From assembly GCA_002104905.1 (NCBI GenBank), contig MCFE01000288.1:1-64000 (forward strand): a DNA stretch of 64,000 nt, given 5' to 3'. Shown in pieces: positions 11,264 through 23,379 of this stretch. This DNA is from Basidiobolus meristosporus CBS 931.73 (lineage: Eukaryota; Fungi; Basidiobolomycota). Each line of letters starts with the position of its first letter. Position 1 is the first letter of the stretch. Position numbers and translations under genes: made by a program. The notes beneath the pieces were generated by a model that searched no databases, was not told the DNA's origin, and worked only from the letters and a program-made list of their open reading frames with translations.

Positions 11264-14120
11264 ATGCCAGGCGCCAATCTTGGTCGTGGGAAGACCCTGA
11301 GTCGACCCGACAGAAGCCATGCCCCCGCTCCCATGTTGAGCGGTAAGGATCAGCGGGCCTCTTTCGACCCATGGGTCTTGTTTTCAAAGGTGGTCACATT
11401 CTGGGCCCCCAGTTTCCTGCTCTCCAAATGCGGCCTTCCCGACAAACAGATGCAGCAGGCTTGGAGAGAGAAAGTGGCCCTGTGTCTGATCGTCGCTTTC
11501 ATAGGGGCCTCGGTGGCCTTTCTCACTCTTGGCCTGCCCTATGTATTCTGCCCGGAGTCGTCAGTAAGTAGCCAGCAGAACTACGAGTCCACCTCTCCCG
11601 GTGTAGCTGGTACGAATCCTTACTGTGCCTCCCCCTTTCCCCTGAACCTTTCAACTGACTTCCCTTGCTGTGCTAGGTCACTTCGGCGTGAACGGTGTGA
11701 TGTACGAGCTGAACAATGCGAATGGTTTGGACGCTGTGTCCAAGGTTGGCCCTAGCGCCGACGCCAGTCCCTTGTTCGATGACTTGGCTATCCCGGAATG
11801 CGCCGCCATCAAATACGCCGTTGCCACATTCAACTCCTGCCCCAACAAGGTATGTCTTAGTCTGGCCCTTCTCTCCCAAGGCGGGGTCAAGAATACCACC
11901 CGTCGAGTGGGCTACGACTGGGATAACCTTCCCCCGAATCACATTGTCTTGGACGGGCGGGTCCTGAACATGGACGCCTACGTCACCCAAAACCCCGTCC
12001 TGCCCCACGACCTGGTCGACAAGGTGATCCGGGACAACATCAAGAACCGGGTGGTGGACGTCACCCGGTCATTCGTCCGACGAAGCGACCTGGAGGCCGC
12101 CAGCAGGTGTCTGAGCAAGAAATACCTGGCCGGATACCTCAGCAAGTCCACCCCCGGCTGTTTCGGCGTGCAGCTCTTCTTCATCGTCTCCATGGTCATC
12201 ATCCTTGGCATCGTGATGGCCCGGTTCGTGATGGCGGTCATCTTCGACTGGTTCATCTCGTTCCGACTCTCGAAGCCGCCCCCAAGAAGCATGCTCAAAC
12301 CGATCGTCGCCTCCAACAACGTCCCTTGGGCCACCCAGAACAGCTCCCCCGTCTCCGAGTTTCGCGCCCCCATGCCCAACCTGAACCCCAACGAGTTGTT
12401 CACCGTGCTACTCGTCACCTGCTACTCCGAGGGCGAGAGCTCGCTCCGGTGCACGCTGGAGAGTTTGGCCGCCACCGAATACGGGGACGATCACAAGCTG
12501 CTCTTCGTCATCTGCGACGGTATCATCACCGGCAGTGGCAACGATCGCAGCACTCCGGATATCTGCGTGGACCTGCTTGAGCTGGACCCCTACTACGGCT
12601 CCGATCCGGAGCCCCAGAGCTACATCGCAGTCGCGGCAGGGGCCAAACAGCACAACATGGCCAAGGTGTACGTGGGCCACTTCAATCACAAGGGGCACCG
12701 GGTGCCCACCATAGTGGTGGTGAAATGCGGTCCCCCCGAGGAGCAGAGCGCCCCCAAGCCTGGCAACCGCGGAAAGCGAGACTCCCAGCTGATCCTGATG
12801 GGCTTCTTCAGCCAGGTGATCTACAACGACAAGATGACCCCCCTCGATTACGACCTCTTCAAGAAGGTGACCCACCTGATGGGCGTCACCCCGGACTACT
12901 TCGAGATCGTGCTCATGGTGGACGCCGACACCAAGGTGTATCCGGACTCGTTGCGCCTGCTGATCAATTGCGTGCAGAACGATCCCCTCATCATGGGCCT
13001 GTGCGGCGAAACGAGGATCGCCAACAAACGGGACTCCTGGGTAACCGCCATTCAGGTGTTCGAGTACTACATCTCCCACCACCTCGGCAAGGGCTTCGAG
13101 TCGGTGTTCGGTGGTGTGACCTGTCTGCCCGGATGCTTCTGCATGTATCGTCTCAAGGCCCGCAAGGGGGACAACGACTGGGTGCCCATCATCACCAAGC
13201 CGGAGATCGTCCAGGAGTACTCGCAGAACGTGGTGGACACGCTGCACCAGAAGAACCTGCTCCTCCTGGGTGAGGATCGTTTCCTCACCACCCTGATGCT
13301 GCGGAACTTCCCCAACCGGAAGATGATGTTCGTGCCTCAGGCGGTCTGTAAGACCGTGGTCCCAGACGAGTTCAATGTGCTGCTGTCGCAACGTCGTCGC
13401 TGGATCAACTCCACCATCCACAACCTCATGGAGCTCGCCCTTGTGCGCAACCTCTGCGGCACCTTCTGCTTCTCCATGCAGTTCGTGGTCGTGATGGAGC
13501 TGATCGGGACCGTGTCCCTCCCCGTGGCCATCATCATGACCTTCGTGCTGATCGTGAACCTGGCCAGGACCACCTTCACCGATCTGTCCAGTTACTTCCC
13601 CTTGATCCTGCTCCTGCTCATCCTGTTCCTGCCCGCGGTGTTGATCCTGTTCACCACCCGTAAGCTGGTGTACATCGCATGGATGTTTGTCTACCTGCTC
13701 GCCCTGCCGGTGTGGAATTTCGTGCTGCCCGTGTACGCCTACTGGCATTTCGACGACTTCTCGTGGGGGGAGACCCGTAAGGTGGAGGGCGAAGCGAAGG
13801 GGGATGACCACGGCAAGAAGGACGGGATCTTCGACTCGTCCAAGGTGCCCCTTCGACGCTGGGAGGATTACGAGCGTCGTCATCTACGCTCCATCAAACG
13901 TCGCGAGCGTAAGCAGCGCAAGGAGGCCGAGGCGGCCAACGCGGCCACCATGTACCACGAGGACAACGACTCCCAGGGCTTGCTCATGGCCGACGCCCAC
14001 TACTCCCAAGGCTCGTTCGACACCCGGGACTCCACCTCGGAGTTGGACTACTACGAGGAGGGATTCGACCCCGCTTACGATTATAATAGAAAAGGGGTGG
14101 AGCCAAGGAACATGTTCTAA
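11264..14120 (+). CDS. chs: Chitin synthase, division 2 (class IV-like); exons 11264..11609, 11677..14120, about 929 aa
   Basis: A 67-bp intron (11610..11676, GTACGA...CTGAC...CTAG) joins ORFs 11264..11755 and 11670..14120 in frame. Motifs [24 protein letters not shown] and QRRRW are present, with N-terminal [10 protein letters not shown] and C-terminal TM helices. Confidence 0.95.
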
Positions 14121-14498
14121 CCAACCCTCGCTCCTTCATCTATCCGATATCCCCTCGCCGGCATGCCAATCCCCTAGCGAAACCTTAACATACAGTCTCC
14201 GCCTCTGTTGGTTCTTCATCAACCCGGTCCCGCCCAATCCCCATGCCCATGCCCATGCCCATCTCGATCCTGATCATGTTCCCACTCCCAGCCAACCCAC
14301 CATTCAATCACATCATCTCATCTTACCTGTAATCATTCCCTAGTATTTTGTAACATTGCGAATAAACAATCCCCCTGATGATCATCAACCAATCATCGCC
14401 CATGATCGTCTCCTTGGTGGAGTTCATATCCACCGTCCCTCTTTACCTCTTCCTTACCCAACCCAACCCAACCGATCCCACTTGTCGCACCGCTCCCC

Positions 14499-15496
14499 AT
14501 GCCGCCTTCAAGGAGAAACCCGCTTGGTCCGCTTTCCGTCGCGTTACGGGGTAGGCTTCGACGCTTCCTCCTTGCCAACTGGCGGCTGACCAATAATTTG
14601 GATGCTCCCTTGGATGGCACACAATTCCCCCAGTTGACCACCATTCATCAGCGGCTTCTGTCCATATACCTTCAACCCGACCCTCCCTTCCCTACCAGCA
14701 TACCCTTATCCCTTCGCAACCAAAGGCCCTCTCCTGCGCAGGGTGCATCTAGTCCTCCTAGGGATGCCTCCAGAGTGGATTTCTTTGTGGGCCCCTTTCA
14801 CCAACCAATCTCTACCTTGACCACCCCCCATCCCAGCCTGCTCCAGCCAGTTTTGCCTGTCCCGCAGCCAAGCATAGGCCTGGTGCCTAATCCTTCCCAG
14901 GTGAAGTCTTCCTATGCACCCACAAGGTCCCTCATCTCTGTGGAGATCCCTCACATATCCCTTCCCCCACCTGCCAAATCCCCTGGGAAGACTTCCTTGG
15001 AGGCAGTGGTGATCACTAAGTCCATCACCTGCCCCTTGAGGAGGTCCATCACTCCATCCAGACAGGTCAGAAGGTTTCTTGGGGTCCACATCCCTGGTTC
15101 CCATGTCGGTCCTCATCCCATCAGGCCTACCCAACTCAAATGGATTGTCAGGATTCTGGAGAGATCCCAGAGCATGTCTGGGAAGGTGATGTACCATGTC
15201 TGCTGGAATGACAACACCACATCATGGGTAAGTGGACTCCTATGGTTTCCATTTTAGTGATTACCTCCTGACTCACCTATCCCCCTTGTTTCTGACCAAC
15301 TTAGGAATCCCTGTTGGAGATGGATACGGTCATGCATCTATTGGAGGAGTATGAGCATCATCAGTTCAGATATGCTGACCCTGGGAGAGTGGTCACCAGA
15401 CCTAGATCAAACTATGGCCAGTTAAGATTCAACCCTGGTATCTCCTTGAAAGATCCAATGGTCATGGGGTTCTTGACCAAAGGATCAATGCAATGA
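14499..15496 (+). CDS. Proline-rich protein with a chromodomain-like segment; exons 14499..15227, 15305..15496, about 306 aa; may be a pseudogene
   Basis: Intron 15228..15304 (GTAAGT...CTGAC...TTAG) joins two ORFs in frame to give IVRILERSQSMSGKVMYHVCWNDNTTSW|ESLLEMDTVMHLLEEYE, which resembles the chromo/chromo-shadow pattern (IL.r...G...Y.V.W.....WE......l..fe). Confidence 0.55.
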
Positions 15497-15740
15497 TGAT
15501 TATGCCTTGCACAGCTATCTATTGGAGGCCATTATTGGTTTAGACCCAACAGACACTTCACTGACTAGCTGCTGATTCATAGGAGGTATGCTTTCACACT
15601 GGTTGCCATGCACATGCCAGCTCAAGCTGGTTGGCAATTTTCTCCTCACCACACAACATCTACCTGATATAGTGAGCAGCCAAGATCTTCACCCTATCTG
15701 TGTCATCCATTGAGCTTGCCAGACATGTCCCCATTAAATC

Positions 15741-16055
15741 TTTTGTAGATTTTGTATATACACCTGAATAATCACCTAGCTTAGTCACTTGGATCATTGC
15801 CAACAAATCTTGGAGAGTTCCAACCAAATCCCCAACTAGGATTTACGTAAATATTTCCCCCAAGGAATCAGGTACCCAGAGCATGAGACTTCTCACAGCT
15901 GTCCAAGCAGCCCCACAACTTGCACATATGCTCTTGGGACCAAGACCATGCCAAAGTATGCATACCACTGCTAAATTCAATTGATCATAAAGTCAAAATA
16001 CCACAATCTACTTGTTTTCCCAGTAGCCTCCAATTTCCCTAAACCTCATACAGCA
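15741..16055 (+). repeat. Highly diverged solo LTR, copia family A
   Basis: Aligns by eye to the reverse complement of LTR 16705..17052 (CACCTAGCTTAGTCAC, CAGGTACCCAG, CACAATCTACTTGTT). Confidence 0.65.
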
Positions 16056-16704
16056 GAAATAGGTATGCTCCCTGATAGTCTTGCTCAGCATTGGTCATAA
16101 GTTGAATTGGAAAAATCAACATCAGTTGCTAGGATCTGACTTGGATGTATATTGGTCAATGCTGGGTCATAGCCAAGACATGTATGTGGCATAATGTTCT
16201 GTTTGTCATACCAACACGCTAAACTGATGATTTAGTCAGTCACAATGCTAGTATCTGAACCAATGAGGGCCAGAGATTGTCACAACTCTCAATCATGTCA
16301 AAGAGCATTGAGCAGCATATATCACCTATGGAATCTTTCCAGAAGCACTTGGAGCACTCTTCTTGGAGTGCTCTTGTCAACATGCCCACACACTACCAGA
16401 ACACAGTAAGACAATATGCAAGCTTGATGCAGCTCCATGAGTTTGGCAAGGAACATTTTCACCTCATTGATACTAAGTGAAAGTTGCACTTATGCCTCTA
16501 AAGGGTGTTGGCAAGTACTTCCCACAATACATAGCCTAAGAAATCCTAAATGTATGAGGGCAAGGCCGGAGGGTTTTTAAATCCCTTGCAAATATACAAC
16601 TCAAAGAGCCTATTTTTTCACTGGGACTACCATAGTTGTGGGTCAACAGCTAGCCTGAGCAGAATATTGTGCAGACAATAAGCTATGAAGCTCAGTGTGC
16701 ATCC

Positions 16705-19700
16705 TGTTGTAAGAGTCTTGAAGATATTGGAAGTGATTGGGAGAACAAGTAGATTATGTGGTTTTCACTTAATGATTTATTGAATGCAAGTTGGTATTTA
16801 TACTTTTACATGGTCTTGGTATTACAAACATGTAGAATAAGTTAAGCAAAATCCCAAGAACATGTGTGCAAAGTTTGGGGCTGTTTGGACAACTTTGAGA
16901 ATTTTCATGTTCTGGGTACCTGGTATTTTGGTGAAAACATTCTAAGTAAATCCTGACAAGGAATTTGGTCAGTATTCTCCAGGATTTGAAGGTAATGATC
17001 TAAGTGACTAAGTTAGGTGAATATTTAGGTGAAATCACAAATCTTTACAACACTCCCACTCAGCTAAATGCTCATACTGACTAGTCCTAATTTTCACCTA
17101 AGTTATTAAAACTTGTCTCTAGCTAATGGTTTGGTAAATATGTGGGCAATCATTTTATCTGAGGACAGTAAACTAAGCTAACCAAGTTATTCTCTATAGC
17201 TTCATGTATGAAATGATGTCTAATACCTATGTGCTTGGCTCTGGTATGAAAAGTTGGATTTCTACCTAGTTGTATACAATATTTATGATCTTGAAATAAA
17301 GTAATAGGCATTTTTTGACATAGGCCTAAATCTGCAAAAAGCTTTCTTAACCACATTGCTTCTTTTGTAACTTCACAGACTGCCATGTACCCTGCCTCTG
17401 TGGTAGAAAGTGCTACGGTTGGTTGCTTTCTTGAGTTCCGTGAAATTGCTCCTCTACAGTAAAGAAAGGTGTATCCTGTGGTGGATCTTCTGTCTTCCAG
17501 ATTTTGTCCCCAATCTGCATCAGAGTATGCCACAGGATTCTTTTCTGAATCCTTATAAGTGTATCTTAAGCAGATATCAGCAGTTCCTTTTAGGTACCTA
17601 AAAATCCGCTTAACTGCTGCAATACAATCAGATCCATAGTTCTGATTATATTGGCTGACAACTCCAGCTGAATATGAGATATCTGAACATGTTCCAAGCA
17701 TGATATACATCAGACTGCCAGCCATAGATTGATAAGCAAAGTCAGGGCTTTCAGATGGCACCAAGCTCTCTTGATTTCATTGAGTTTTGACCAAGTTAAG
17801 GCTTGTCTCCATTGGGGTTGCTGCCAGTTTACAGTCTTCCATTTGGTACTTCTTTAGTATATCTTGAATATACTTGGATTGGCTTAGGGTAATAGTCTGG
17901 GTACTTCTGTCTATGGAGAACTTAATCCCTAAGTAGTAACTGAGTTCTCCTAGATTGGACATCTTGAACTCTTTAGATAGGCTGTATTTAGTCTCTTCCA
18001 ATGTTTCTAGCTTATTGGTGACTATAATAAGATCATCCACATATAGAGCTAATAGAAATGGATTTGCTCTATCTGGCTTATAGTATATACTATAGTCAGC
18101 TTTACCCCTTGTGAATCTCAAAGATTCCAAATAATAGTCTACCTTGCAATTCCAGGCACTTGGTGATTGTTTAAGACCATATAGTGACTTTTTAAGTGTG
18201 CATACCAAATGGGGGTTATCTTGGGCAGCAAACCCATCAGGCTGGTCCATATACACATCCCAATCAAGTTCTCCATTCAAAAATGCAGTTTTTACATCCA
18301 TTTGATGAATAAAAAACTTATATTTGGCTGCAATAGCCAATATTAATCTAATGGAATTAAACTTGGCTACCAGTGCAAAGGTCTCAGTATAGTCAAGTCC
18401 TTTTGTTTGAGAGTATCCTTTGGCCATAAGTCTTGCTTTGTATCTTTCAATTGTACCATTAGCCTTGTATTTTGTCTTGAAGACCCATCTGCATCCAATT
18501 GATTTTTGGCTGATTGGTAATTTGACTAAGTCCCAAGTTTGATTTTCCATCAGGGCCTGATATTCCTCAGTCATTGCAGATCTCCAAGACTTTGTCTGAG
18601 GGCTATTTAGGGCCTCTTTTAGAGTCCGGGGTTCATGAATATGGACTGAATAGGCAAAGGCTAAGTTTGTACACTCATTGATATAGTAATTTGGGCTATA
18701 TCTTATCTGATTGGATCTCTGGGCATTTGATACTGGAATAATCACTTCTGGGATATTCCTGAGCACTGATTCTGGCTGAACCATGGTTGGAGAGTCCTCT
18801 GAAGTGAAAAAACTCTCATTGTTTTGCATTGATTCAATCCAGACAATTGGTGGACTTGAGATCAGATTTTTGTGAATATTTTGAGTTGTCATCAAAAAAC
18901 ATATCCCTGGACATCCATACCATGCTTCAAATGGAGTAGAATCACAAAGTATTTTGTTATAACTCCTATTTTTAAGATATACAGCAGCAGCAACTGGTTC
19001 TGCCCAAAAATCAGAGGATAATTTTTGAACGTGGATCATAGATCTTGCCATATCAATTATTGATCTGTTTGCACATTCTGCTACTTCATTTTGCTATGGG
19101 GAGTATGGCACAGTAGTCTCTTGCTTTATCCCATGAATTTTGTAGAAGTTGATAAAGAGTTTTGAGGTATATTCTCCACCATTATCAGAGTGTATTTTCT
19201 TGATTTTTTCACCAGTTTCTCTCTCCACCATAGATTTAAACTCCCTGTACTTAGACAGAGCTTCTTCCTTTCTCTCCATGAAGTAGACCCATGTGTATCT
19301 TGTATAATCATCAATGAAGATGATTAAATACTTCATCCAGCCTACAGATAAATTTTGCATAGGTCCATGCAGATCTGAGTGAATTAGATTTAATTTTTTC
19401 TTAGTTTTGATCAACCCCAAGCTCTAGAACAGTTGTCTGGCTTGTTTCCCATATATGCAGGCTTCACAGTGCTCCAAATTAGCTGGGGGATCATTTTTTA
19501 CTCCAGAAACTAGCTGATCTTTGATCATTTTGCGTAAATAATCAAAATTGATGTGCCCAAATCTCCTGTGCCAAAGCATTGGTGTCTCTTCATTCAAGTT
19601 ACTTATATTTGCTTCCAAATAAAATGGAATATAAGTCAACTTGCATGGATTCTGATCTCCAATACCCCAAGCAATATGGGCACCATTTTGATCAGTGATC

Positions 19701-20984
19701 TTGCATGCAGAATTGTCAAAGCTGAAACTGAGTCCTTCTGCAGTGGCCTTGCTTACAGATAGTAGGTTCTTGGCTATTTCTGGTACATAGAGTACCTCTT
19801 TGAAGGTCAATGTATGGCTTCCTTCACTGCTTCTAAGGTTTACTTGGATAGCTCCTTTTCCCACTGCATCAAGTGTTCTACTGTCACCCATGAGAACCTT
19901 CTTGATTGGAATTTCTTGATATTGGGGTAAAAGTTCTTTTTGGTGTGTAAAGTGTTGAGATGCTCCAGCGTCAATATACCATGTCTAAGAATCCTTATTT
20001 GTGGTCATATATAGTGCAGATATGAGTAGTCTATCTTCAGTTGTTGCAGCATTTCCATATTCAGGCTTGTTCTGCTGACTATCTTTTTTTTTGAAGCACC
20101 GGTCTGATGCGTATCCTTTCCTTTTGCAGTAGTTGCAGAACAGGTTGCTGTTGTCTTTGTAGGGTCTTGGGTACCTTATTTGTTGTTTTTCATTGCTTAT
20201 TAAAGCATTTTCCTCTTCCTTCTTATTGGTGCTTGATTTTCTTAATTCTTCATCCAGGAGCCTTCCATATACATAATTTAAGGTCAAATCTTCAGTTCTG
20301 GACTCTAGGGCTGATGCAAGGCCCTGAAACTTGTCTGTCAGGCTATTCAGGATGGTAACTATCACATCCTCATCAGTAGTTGGTATGCCCACAAATTCCA
20401 TTTCATCTACCAGCAGGGTAATTCTGTTAATTGGATTTTTCATTTCTTCTCCTGGCAGCATCTTTGCACTAAAGGATCTTTATCTCAGATACATTATCTT
20501 AGCAGCTGAACATGACTGGTAGGTGTTTTCTAATGCCTTCCAGGCACTCTTTGCCATTTTTGCTCTTGAGCATTGAATTAGCAATTTGTCTTTAATGTCA
20601 AGGCAAATGCAGTTAAAGGCACTTTGTTCTTTCTTCTGGTACTTTAGGGCTTCCTCTCTCACATTTTTAGGAGTGCATTCTTCTCCCATGACAATATCAC
20701 AAAGGCCTCTTTCTTGTAGCAGTATCTTTGTCTTCACCTTCCACAATTTGTAGTTAGATCCATCCAACTTTTCACCAGAGGGAAAAATTCCAGTAATAGC
20801 AGCAGTAGATATTGCAGAGAGTGACAGCTTGGGGCTCATAAGCTGTTGTAAGAGTCTTGGAGATATTGGAAGTGACTGGAAGAACAAGCAGATTATGTGG
20901 TACTCACTTAATGCTTTATTGAATGTAAAAGTAGTATTTATACTTTTAAATGGTCTTGGCATTACAAACATGTGGAATAGGTAA
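16705..20984 (-). mobile_element. Ty1/copia LTR retrotransposon, family A copy 1, degenerate
   Basis: 3' LTR 16705..17052 (348 bp, TGTTGTAA...TTACAACA) preceded by PPT GAGTGGGAG. Partial 5' LTR from 20844 with PBS 20831..20843. Domain order gag (EKLDGSNYKLWK; CNYCKRKGY), PR (WYIDAGASQH), LWHRRFGH, INT (HSDLHGP, HSDNGGEY), RT (QMDVKTAFLNG, LYVDD), RNase H (YSDADWG). Several premature stops and a deletion in the INT C-terminus. Confidence 0.95.
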
Positions 20985-21095
20985 CCTAGATGTCTACTTA
21001 CAAATCTTAGAGAATCTTGACCAAATTTTTACTGGGATTTACTTGAAGCATCATCACCAAATTACCAAGAACCCAGAATATCAAGTTTCTCAGTG
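20985..21095 (+). repeat. Inverted fragment of a family-A LTR abutting the truncated 5' LTR
   Basis: Its reverse complement matches the LTR interior (GAGAA..TGATATTCTGGGT..TTGGT..AAGTAAATCC..ATTTGGTCA). Confidence 0.7.
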
Positions 21096-21149
21096 CGGTA
21101 CAAGCTGACCCAAGCTTTGAACACATTTTCCCGGAGCCTTCTTAAGTAT

Positions 21150-23379
21150 ACTCTATGTGTTTGCTTTGTCACTTTTTGTGAAAATTTTGAATTTTCATCA
21201 AACAACACATCCCTGGACCTGATTAGCTTCTTTGCTTTGGTATTGTAGAGTCTGTATGCTTTACTCTCATTGCAGTAGCCCAAAAATATACATTTTACAC
21301 TTTTTGGCTCAAACTTTAATTCCTTTCTAGGTGGTTTCTTGGCATATGCTCTATACACAAATATTCCAAGATGTTCTGCACTTGGCCCATATCCATAAGA
21401 TGCTTAAAATGGAGTAGAATCACAAAGTATTCTGTTACAACTTCTATCTATAAGGTATACAGCTGTGGCAATAGATTCTGCCCAAATATAATAGGAAAAT
21501 ATTTGAACATGAATCATAGATCTTGCCATATTAATTATTGATCTGTTTGCACATTTTGCTGTGGGGAGTATAGTACAGTAGTCTTGTGCTTTATCCCATG
21601 AGCTTTGCAGATGTGGATGAAGAGTTTTGATGTATATTCTCCACCATTGTCTGGGTGTATTTTTTTGATTTTTTCACCAGTTTCTCTTTCCACCATGGCA
21701 TTAAGCTTCCATAACATATACAGAGTCTCTTCCTTTCTCTCCATGAAGTAGACCCATGTGTATCTTATATAATTGTCAATAAAAGTGATTAAACACCTCA
21801 TGCTGCCTATGCACAAATTGTTCAAAGGTCCACATAGATATGGGTAAATAAGATCAAATTATTTCTTGGTGTTGATTAACCCAGAGCTCTTGAACAGTTG
21901 CCTGGCTTGTTTCCCATATATGCAGGCTTCACAATGCTCTAAATTAGCTGGGGGATCAATTTTTACCCTGGATTTTAGCTGATTTTTGATCATTTTGCAC
22001 AAAAAATCAAAATTGATGTGCCTAAATCTCCTGTGCCAAAGCATTGGTATTTCTTCATTTAAGATATTATGTAGGCTTCTAGATATAACAGAATATAAGT
22101 CAACTTATACAGATTCTTATCTCTGATACCCAAAGTAATATCCGCACCATTTTTATCAGTGATCCAGCATCCAGAATTGTCATAGCTTAAGCTGAGTCCA
22201 TCTGCTGTTGCCTTGCCTACAGAACGTAGGCTCTGGGCTATTTCTGGTACATAATGTACTTCTGTAATGGTCAGTATAAAGCTTCCTTTGCTGCTTCTAA
22301 GGTTACTTAACTAGTTCCCTCTCCCATTGCATCAAGTGTTCTATTGTCACCCAGGAAAACCATGTTGATTGGAATTTCTTGGTATTGGGTGAGAAGTGCT
22401 TCTTGGTGTGTAAAGTGGTGAGATGCTCCGGAGTCAATATACCATGTCTGAGAATACTTATTTGTGGGCATATTTAGTGCAGATATGATTAGTGTATCTT
22501 CAGTTGTTGCAGCATTTCCATATTAAAGATTTTTCTGCTGACTTACTATCACATTCTCATTAGTAGTTGGTATGCCTACAGATTCCATCTCATCCACCAG
22601 CAGGATATTTCTGTTAATTAGATTTTTCATTTCTTCTTCTTGCAGCATCTTAGTAGTATAGAATTTTTGTCTCAGATACATTTTCTTAGCAGCTGAACAT
22701 GACTGGTAGGTGTCTTCTAATTTCTTCTAGGCATTCTTTGCTATTTTTGAGCTTGAGCACTGAATTAGCAATTTGTCTTTAACATTAAGGCAAATGCAGT
22801 TAAAGGCACTTTGTTCTTTCTTCTGGTACTTTAGAGCTTCCTCTCCCACATTTTTAGGAAGGTATTCTTCTCCCATGACAATATCACAAAGGCCTCTTTC
22901 TTGTAGCAGCATCTTCATAATCACCTTCTACACCTGGTAGTTACATCCATCCAGCTTTTCACCAGAGGGAAAAGTTCCATTAATAGCGGTAGTAGGTATT
23001 GCAGGAAGTGACAGCCTGGGGCTTATAGCCTGTTGTAAGAGTCTTCAAGATATTGGCAGTGATTAGGAGAACAAGTAGATTATGTTGTTTTCACTTAATA
23101 ATTTAATGAATGTAAAAGTAGTGTTTATACTTTTGCATGATTGTGGCATAACAAGCATGTAGAATAGGCTCAGGTAGGACCCAAGAACATGTGTGCAGGG
23201 TTTCAGGCTGCCTGAACAGCTTTGAGAGTTTTCATGTTCTGGGTACAAGACATTTTGGTGAGAATTATCCAAGTAAATCCCAACAAGAATATTGGTCAGT
23301 ATTCACTAGGATTTGGAGGTAATGATCTCAGTGACTAAGTTAAGTGAATATTTAGGTGGAAATACAAATTTTTACAACA
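21150..23379 (-). mobile_element. Ty1/copia family A copy 2, 3'-truncated and internally deleted
   Basis: Complete 5' LTR 23031..23379, PBS 23018..23030, gag, WYIDSGASHH, LWHRRFRH, INT core and the SH3-like region (KCIFLGYCNESKAYRLYN); no RT. Confidence 0.9.

Noticed and set aside
12408-13883. 491-aa ORF antisense to chitin synthase, plus overlapping alternative-frame ORFs
   Set aside because: Expected from high GC3 on the sense strand; compositionally odd and without domains.
14243-14264. (CATGCC)x3 microsatellite downstream of chitin synthase
   Set aside because: Ordinary short simple repeat.
16056-16704. Possible decayed ORF on either strand
   Set aside because: Stop density is close to random and no motif was recognised.
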